DNA of 63,058 nucleotides, the filler included, from Cercozoa sp. M6MM (lineage: Eukaryota > Protista > Endomyxa: Ascetosporea), in the NCBI GenBank assembly GCA_040357565.1. It is 9 parts of 9 records of this genome, joined end to end, with 100 filler letters (N's around TTAATTAATTAA, not from the genome) between each part and the next. Parts side by side here need not be neighbours in the genome. Positions count along the whole stretch, not along the records: positions 53,676 to 57,015 come from JBDODJ010001494.1; positions 57,116 to 60,530 come from JBDODJ010001471.1; positions 60,631 to 63,058 come from JBDODJ010001771.1; 6 more parts are not named here. One strand, 5' to 3'. Of the stretch, positions 54,835 to 63,058 are shown in pieces. Position 1 is the stretch's first letter, and each line of letters starts with the position of its first letter. The notes beneath the pieces were generated by a model, which had not been told where the DNA came from, searched no databases, and worked only from the letters and a program-made list of their open reading frames with translations. Both the position numbers and the translations under genes were made by a program.

Positions 54835-56980
54835 ATGGCTGCCACCAAGATATCTTCAGCGGCAGGTGCGTTTGGGAACCAACTTTTGCTAGCAAGCAAA
54901 ACAGAATTTTCACCCTGCCACAGATCGGCGGTTTGTGCAGAGCTCTTTAGAGCGCCAGGTTGCCTCAATTAGATTTTAAAGCTGTTTCTTTTGAATTGTT
55001 TTGCAGCTTGTGGCCTAGGCAACGATTTTTTTTGCTTTTGATGGAATTTTATGGAGCTTTCCCAAAGTTGTTTATCTTCCGCCTTGTTTTTACTGCGCAG
55101 GTCTCCTGTCACTGCTGGAGGAACCCAGCCCTGAGTTGAAGGCACATGCGCTTCGCTCATTGACGCAGGTGGTCGATCAGTTCTGGTCGCAAGTGGCACA
55201 GTCGCTGGAGCCGATTCAGGTACCTTCGCGTGCGCAACTCTATGAGTTTTTTTAGGACATTTTTCCGTTGTACAGGCGCTGGCTGAGAATGAAAGTTTCA
55301 TGGCGCACAATGACGCTGCTCTTCTCGCGAGCAAGCTGCACTATCATCTGGAAAGTTTCGACGACTCAGTGTACTTTGCGCTGCGCTCTGGCGTGCGCTT
55401 TGACGAAGAGAAGAGCGAATTCGCTGACAAGCTGATTGAGCGTTGTGTCGACATGTACAAGGAGCAGCGTCAAAAAATGCGTGATATTCAGGTAACTTGT
55501 TTTCTTTTCGCACAGGATACCTTTTGTGCTGTCCATTTGTTTTGCTTGCAGATGGAAGGCGGCGAAACAGAGGGCATTATGGACCCGCTGTTAGAAATAG
55601 TGATTGAGCGTATTTTTGAGCGCGTGTGCCGCGACGGCGCGTACAAGCAAGGCATTGGTCTGGCCATTGACACTTACCGCTTGGACCAGATCGAGCAGAT
55701 CGTGCGGCGGGTGGCGCAAGACCCGCTGGTCGATGTCGCGCTGCTGCTAAACTACTGCTTCGAGCTGGCGCAGCTGCTCGATGTCAGCAAGAGCTATCGC
55801 GAAGAGCTGCTTCGCTGCCTCGTCTCTCTCTATGAAAACAGCGCACTCGCTTCGTATTCGCGCATTGACCACATTGCAGTGGCGCGCTGCCTTGTGCTGC
55901 TTTTGGATGCTGAGGCCATTGCCACTTTGCTCGCCAAGCTCGCGCTCCCGAAGGAGCAGAAGAACATTGTGGATGCTGGTATGTTTTTTTTCGTGTGTGT
56001 CTGTTGTGTGTGTCTGTGTGTCTGTGTGTCTGTGTGTGTAAAATCGCCTCTCGATGTCAGTTTTTTTTGGGCACAGCTAACAACGAGTACGACGTGTTAA
56101 TCGCGTTCCAGATCGCGTTTGATGTGCACGAGAGTCAGAATTGGCCATTCCTGCTGGAGGTCAAGCGACTCTTCGCTCAAAAGGCCGAGGCCGCGTCTGG
56201 TTCGGCTGATAACGACGCTGAAAACAACGCCATGACCGGTAGCTTGTGCTAGTTCTTTCGCTTACGGGGAGGGGTCGCAGTGAACCTTCTTTATGTGTTT
56301 TAGACGAAGTAAAGACAGAGGAAGAAACTTTGAAGACGCCGGTGCAGCTATTGCAAGGAATTTTGTCAGGCGACACACCGCAGGACCTAGACGTGCGTTT
56401 CCTGTACAACCGCAGCGCGTCGGACAAAAATGTGATCAAGCTGATTAAGGACAAGATCGACAAACGTTCGTCGATCCAGCACAATGCCACTGTGATGGCG
56501 CATGCCTACATGTACGCGGGCACGTGCCGTGACACGTGGCTGCGCGACAATCCGAAGTGGTTCCGCCAAGCCAAGAACTGGGGGTATCGTGTCTTTTTTT
56601 ATTTCTGCTGCAGCTGTACTGGCTATCTACGCACGCGTAACACTGTACAGTAAGTTTACGGCTACGGCGAGCTACGGCGTGATCCATCGCGGCAACGTGC
56701 GCGACTCTACGAAGCTGCTGGGCGCCTTCCTGCCGCAACAGAATGTCAACGCTTCGCCGTACCAGGAGGGCGGTACACCCATACCATACACGGCTTCGTG
56801 CTTCTCATTCTCGTTATTTGTGTGCAGGTGCTCTGTTCGCACTGGGTCTGATCCACGCGTCGCAGTCGGGTTGCGAGAAGGTCGACTTCATGATGGACGC
56901 GCTGCGCAAGAGTTCGCACAACGAGATTGTGCAGCACGGCGCGTGTCTCGGTCTGGGTCTCGTTGCCATGGCCACCGGTC
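54835..56980 (+). CDS. RPN2: 26S proteasome regulatory subunit RPN2/PSMD1, 3'-truncated
   Basis: SSAAGLLSLLEE, VVDQFW, LASKLHYHL, AFQIAFD, NW-KFTATASYGVIHRG, YQEGGALFALGLIHA, VQHGACLGLGL. Confidence 0.95.
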
Positions 56981-57119
56981 GGTACTGTTGGCTGTTGGCG
57001 GTGTTTTTTTTTTTTNNNNNNNNNNNNNNNNNNNNNNNNNNNNNNNNNNNNNNNNNNNNTTAATTAATTAANNNNNNNNNNNNNNNNNNNNNNNNNNNNN
57101 NNNNNNNNNNNNNNNGTGG

Positions 57120-57338
<219 letters not shown>

Positions 57339-58078
57339 GTTATGTGCCTGTACCTGTCTGTGCGTGTTGTTGTGTGCCTGTACCTGTAAGTGTGTTTGCT
57401 TTGTGACAATATGGTGAATTGAGTTTTAGGTGGCCGGTGCAACGCGAAGTTGGGAGACACAGCTAGCTGTGACATTTGTTGTCGACCCGGGTATTCTGCG
57501 GAGTGCTCATGTCAGGTAAATACATACATTTGTGACACGTTGGTCAAACCAAGATGGTTTATGCGCATCGTATGATGTTTGATAGAGGACGGGGAACCGT
57601 CAGTACACAACTGCCGTGTGCCGTTGTGTGAACATGATGAGCGAATACTAAGCCAACTGAAGAGCCGATTACCGTGCCTGGTGGAGATTTTGCTTTTCGA
57701 AACACCCGGCGTCTGTAGGTCACGGTACGGGCGCGCGCAGGAGTAGGGTTCCTTGCCGCGGCCGTTGGCGGGTTTGCTCCATGATGTCGTTCGCCTGTCT
57801 GAATCAAGCAACATCATGGAGAAAATGAGGTTTTTTAACGAAAAGCAAACCAGCGATTTGTCGCCGGCGTAGCTGCGCTAGGTACTTCGTCGACATCAGC
57901 AGCTGCACCGCAGACTTACCGCAAACGCTATTCAGTAATGTAAAGCAGGACAGCAAAAAAAAAAAGCTGCCTCTCCTCGGGATGTTTGCTAGCGTGAGCA
58001 GTGTTACGACATCGCATATCAGTATGTACGTTTCTATCATATGTGATCGTGGAGTGAGAGAAAATGCATTCGTGACTC

Positions 58079-58802
58079 TGTTACGGTACTATATGTTACA
58101 GACTGACTTAGATTATGCAGTCTCTGCGGGGATAAACCCAGACAGACCAGTTGGTCTCCCATCATTGAAGCAAAAGAGAAAGAAGAGTTAAGAGTTTGTG
58201 GCTCTGCGGTACTACTGCCTATAGAGCTGTGACTGGACCTGTCTGAAAGCCTGTCCCTGTATATTGAGCCTGCCAGTTGGCAAAGAGAAAACCTCATCTA
58301 CTTGGCATCAGCTGGTCAGTTGCTCTGCAGTTTGTACTGATATCCACCTCCACAAGTAAGCATTGGCTGCTGTAGAGAGAAGGTTTTTTTTTAATCTTCT
58401 CACGATTTTCCCGGTGACGTAAGAACCCAGTTGGGGTAATTCTTCACTTCGCTTCTACAAACTGAATCAATTGATTCCCTCGCTTCGTCCAATTGACGAC
58501 TTACTTCTTTTATTTAGTTCTTTTCACTGACAACCGTCGGTAACATCAGTTTACCAAGAATCTTCCAACCTATCTAGTTCTGTCTTCTGCCTTATAACAC
58601 ACTTGTTTCGGTATGGAAACAGTAACTTGGTCGGGTATTGAAGTGTTGGCGTCAGCTTAATAGATTTGAAGATATTTGATCAGAGACTGACGGGGAGTCA
58701 GATGGGAGTTCGATTGGCTCGCTTCGTCTAATTGACGACTTACTTCTTTTATTTAGTTCTTTTCACTGACAACCGTCAGTAACATATAAATTTACCGTAA
58801 CA
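58079..58802. mobile_element. Outer element with perfect 10-bp TIR TGTTACGGTA/TACCGTAACA and TSD ACTC (29 bp once the inner insertion is removed)
   Basis: ACTC at 58075-58078 and 58803-58806. Confidence 0.75.
58094..58784. mobile_element. 691-bp non-coding TGTTAC...GTAACA element (solo-LTR-like or Ginger-like) with TSD TATA
   Basis: TATA at 58090-58093 and 58785-58788; termini shared with 19975-20050; right end duplicated internally. Confidence 0.85.
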
Positions 58803-58810
58803 ACTCTGAG

Positions 58811-59005
58811 CTAACAATAGACGAGATTTGGTTCCGTTTCTGCCGACTGAGAGGCGACTGGCGCAGTGACCGCGTGCAGCACGCCGGCGAAGCGCGCCAG
58901 CTGCGAGGCCGAGTATTGCAGTGCCTGACCGGGCTCGGCGCCGACCTGAGCGGCAGCGACGTTGGCCACCGAGTCGTCGCAGTAGGCCGTAAGGTGACTG
59001 CGTAT

Positions 59006-59053
<48 letters not shown>

Positions 59054-59063
59054 NNNNNNNNNN

Positions 59064-59112
<49 letters not shown>

Positions 59113-60480
59113 GCGCACATATATATATAAGGGAGCCAGGAAGGCATATGGTACCGGTGTGACAAGGCCGTGGCAAACCTGTCGGCAAAGTGGCACGGTG
59201 TGTCCTCATCGTTCGACTTTTCCACTCTGTATACACGATATTATATCTATATTATATGTTTACAAATGAATGGGTATATGTATACTGAGATATAGAGCCT
59301 ACTCAGGCAAGGCCTCCAGCACGGCAGCGAGCGACACGCGTGCACAAGGCAGCTGCAGCACCCTCAACTGGTCCGACTGGTTCTTGTCAACCTCCTTGTT
59401 GACCAGCAGACTGGAGTGCCAAGCAGCGGCGACAAAGTGCGCCACGGCGTCCACCGGCGTTAGGTCAAATAGCAGGCCGTCCGCGCGGACGTCATCCCGC
59501 AGGGCGTGCGCGCGGTGCATGAGTTCCTCTATGCCCCGGCAGAACCAGTCGGTCTCGTTGCAGTCGCCTGTCTCTCTGCGTGTTCAATGAATGCTTGAGA
59601 AGGGGGCGGGGGAGGGGTAAAAGGTAGGACACGGGTGTACCTGCAGGGTCCGATCATCCCGAGTCGCAGTACCTGTACCGACCCAGTCTGTACCGACTCG
59701 TCGTGTCCGGCGTCCTGTCTGGCACAATCGAGCAGACACTCGGCCGCCCACTTAGACTGCTCGTAGCCGCCCATCCTCTGTGCACACAGACATTGATATC
59801 AGTCCATACACACGAAGCTATGCTATAATATAGTTAGAGAACAAGGAGTACACGCACTGTGTCGTCCGATAGGACCAGGTCGGTGTCGGCACGCACTTGC
59901 ACCTGGGCTGGGAGGGGGTACACGGGGGTACATGGGGGGACAGGGATGCAAGGGGTATATCAGGCACAGACAGAAAGAGGCGACTGACTTACGCAGTGCC
60001 GAGAGCGACGACAGGTGCAACAACGGTGCCTACACGTAGGGAGGGGGTCGGGGGTTAACTGGAGGTGGGGGCAACGCACCCGGAAAACGCGCGCCAGCGC
60101 CAGCGCGAGTGCGACGCCGCCGACGTTGGTCGCACTCATGTCGGCGTAGTGCGTCACCTGCACATGTACAAGAAAGTGTATGAGGATATGAATACATGTC
60201 TATCTGAATATATCCAGATATCTACACCAATAAATATATGTATATATAAATATTAATGCATATTGTATTACATGCAGAGCGTAATACATGTATAGTGTAT
60301 GGTACATGATTGACATAGGCGGCAGTGTGGATGACACGTGCCACACCGTCGTCGCCACCGACTGCCTCGGCGATGGCAGCGACCGCTGCGTCCACGCGGA
60401 CGGGGAGTACCTCCGCGCGGACGGACAGATCGAGCGACACAAAGTGCACGCGCGACCAGTCGATCTCTTCGTTCAAGTGG
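58811..60480 (-). CDS. Thioester reductase (NAD_binding_4, extended SDR) domain protein, 5'-truncated
   Basis: VIHTAAYVNH, TNVGG, HLSSLS, GGYEQSKWAAE, VLRLGMI, NETDWF, DLTPVDAVA. Confidence 0.85.
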
Positions 60481-60650
60481 GGTAATGGGAGTGGGGGTAA
60501 TGGGAGAGGGGTAATTGGGGGGGGGGGGGGNNNNNNNNNNNNNNNNNNNNNNNNNNNNNNNNNNNNNNNNNNNNTTAATTAATTAANNNNNNNNNNNNNN
60601 NNNNNNNNNNNNNNNNNNNNNNNNNNNNNNCCCCCCCCCCATGTTTATAG

Positions 60651-62805
60651 GCGGCACGACGTAATTTGATCTGCGTGGCCAAGGTGCTGCAGAATCTGTC
60701 CAATGGCGTCGAGTTTGGTACTGGCACTTGCGCTTGTTGTGTTCCCCCTACCCCTTACTCCCTTACCCCCCTGGTGCAGGCAAGAAGGAGGCTTACCTGG
60801 CTGCACTGAACCCGTTCCTGCGTCAGCACCAGGACGTGCTGGCTGACTACTTTGACCGACTGATCGAGGTGGAGGACGACCTGCGCGATGCGCTCGAGTT
60901 CGACGCACTGCTGGAGCACACGCAGCGACGCGCCAAGTCCGTCTCGCTGTCAGTACGCTTGTCTCTCTGTCCCCTGTCCCTGTCCCCTGTCCCTGTCCCT
61001 TTCCCTGTCCCTGTCCCCACCCATGTACCCTGACTTTTTTCTGTCATGTTTCACAGCTTGGCCAACTCTTCGTGGTGCACCGCTTGCTGCATGAGAACCG
61101 CGTGCTGCTGGAACAGCTGGCCGTGGAGACTGAGCGCACGCCGTCGCACGTGGACGAGCTGGATGTCACGATCGGCGCCGGTGAGCGCAAGTCCGGCGTC
61201 TCTGTGTGTACTTAATCCGACTAACTCCAAGTCGCACCTGACACACTGAACTTATCACACGTACCAACTGCGCAGCCAGTGAGCGCGAAGGACCGGTGCA
61301 CGAGGTGCTTTCGCTGTTGCAGCAGCTCGGACAGGTGCCCGAACGCGTCAGCAAGAAGGACGACTACCAGATCAACTTGGTAGCACACACTGACTCCATG
61401 TACCCTCCTGTTTTATGCTTCCTGCCGTCGACAGCGACTGCACTCGCGTCGACTGGCGCTCTTTGACTCTGCGGTATACCTCCCCTCCCCCCAGGTACAT
61501 GTGCGAATTCATGTGTATGTGTCAGGGTGCCAAAACAACGACCACGTCGGGTGATGCGCAAGGTGCACACTCACCTGTTCTCGAGGGAATGGATGGACGT
61601 ACCTGTATGTGTGTCTGAACAGAGACACACGCGAGTCCTTGCAGTTTGGACCAAACGCGTCGCTCAGTGATCTTGCGTCTTGAAGGAAGCCAAAGCGCCG
61701 ATGAGGCGGTACAGAAATTCCAAACTTGACACAGGGACTTTGACTCAACTGTGTGCATGTGTGGACAGCCATTATCGCGCTCCGAGTTGACAATGTTCGC
61801 CAGCCAGGTCAGTTGAACGCGGTCTTAATTTGTGTGTCTATGTGTCTGTGTCTGTGCGTCTGTGTGTAAAAGACCTCTATGCTCAGGCCGTGCGAGACGC
61901 ACTGCTGTTTGACCAGCTGCCCGATGACGTAGCTTTTAGTTTTGTGCTGTTGCGTGAGAACGAGTGTCATGTGATGTTTTCGTTTTTATGTTTCAGTTAG
62001 TGCAATCCGCGGGGGCGTCAATGGCGAAACTCCTGGATGACCTGCACGCCAGGTAGTCCTGTGTGTGCTCACCAGATACGAAACTCAACATTCGCATGTG
62101 TTATACAGATGGCAGAATGACGAAGAAAAGACGCGGGAGTTCGAGGCAGTCGTACAGTTCTTGCCTTTTGCAAACGAAGGTTGTGTCCTGTGTTTTGAAG
62201 TGTAAATCTTGTGTCACCTGCAGGCAACACTGATCGGTGCGCTGCAACTGCTGCGTGAAGGTATCCTTTGTTACCGTAGAGCTGGTCTCTCTGTGTATGC
62301 ACACATGCTCGTTTTAGCCTGCGAGGCCGAGAATCTGCCAGTTGAGTCTTCGCAAAACGAGTTTGTTGACGCATTTGCGATGCGGTATACCCCTCTCCCC
62401 CGAGTTCTATTGTTGGATTTTTCCCCTCTTTACTTCCAACTTCCGATGCAGCGTGATTAACGCCATGAGACGGCGGCGACAACGACTAGCGGCAGTGCGC
62501 AAGTACACCATTCGCTTTACTGATTGTAAGACGTAGACCTGTTATCTCTCATTCTTGCAGACGACTCGAGAAGATCCAGGTGGTGGAGAAACAAGTGCTG
62601 CGACACCGTGAGGTACAGTAGTTGTTCTTTTTGATGTCACCGCGTATCACACGCATGTTGTTTCTCCTTCCTGGCAGTACCTCGACGGTCGTTTGTCGCT
62701 GTACCGGCAGTACCTCGAGAACGTCAAGCAGCAGGGCCACATGAAACTGTCTGCGACGCAGCAGGAGCGTGCGCTCACCAAGGTAGAGTTGCCTTGTTCT
62801 TCTTG

Positions 62806-62890
<85 letters not shown>

Positions 62891-63058
62891 TACACTGAGT
62901 AGGGCACGGGTGGCCTGAAGGAGCGTCTGCGGCTCGGACGATCGGCACCGCGACAGCAGAAGAAATACACGCACTCGCAGATGGAGGAGATGGGGTACTT
63001 CCCCACATAAATATACATGCATATATAATATATAGATATATATATATATATATATATA
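60651..63058 (+). CDS. IQGAP-related RasGAP (RasGAP plus RasGAP_C), truncated at both ends
   Basis: RRNLICVAKVLQNLSNG, KEAYLAALNPFL, YFDRLIEVEDDL, HREYLDGRLSLYRQYLENVK, KKYTHSQMEEMG. Confidence 0.9.

Noticed and set aside
58479-58784. CRISPR-like repeat-spacer
   Set aside because: Only two 67-nt copies, eukaryotic context, explained as element termini.

Overview
Gene-dense, intron-rich eukaryotic (protist-like) nuclear DNA in the standard genetic code. It is nine sequence blocks joined by 100-nt N/TTAATTAATTAA/N spacers, so adjacency across spacers is not established. Recognisable spliced genes: long-chain acyl-CoA synthetase, SRP receptor beta, an SLC16/MCT-type MFS transporter, HMG-CoA lyase, a SPATA4/SPEF1-type CH-domain protein, RNA Pol I/III subunit AC40, UTP18, class I HDAC, a K+-independent H+-pyrophosphatase, a p24/TMED cargo receptor, proteasome RPN2, a thioester-reductase-domain protein and an IQGAP-related RasGAP, plus several low-complexity orphans. 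Most notable: (1) small TGTTAC...GTAACA elements of 691, 76 and 29 bp, each with its own 4-bp target-site duplication (TSD), two of them nested; (2) further micro hairpin insertions, including a 77-bp element with a 9-bp TSD; (3) an intron-containing, frameshifted pogo-type transposase that the ORF track misses; (4) unusual introns, with donors that nearly never have A at +4 and tandem repeats that are C-rich on the sense strand. Gene models were assembled by eye and their boundaries are approximate.
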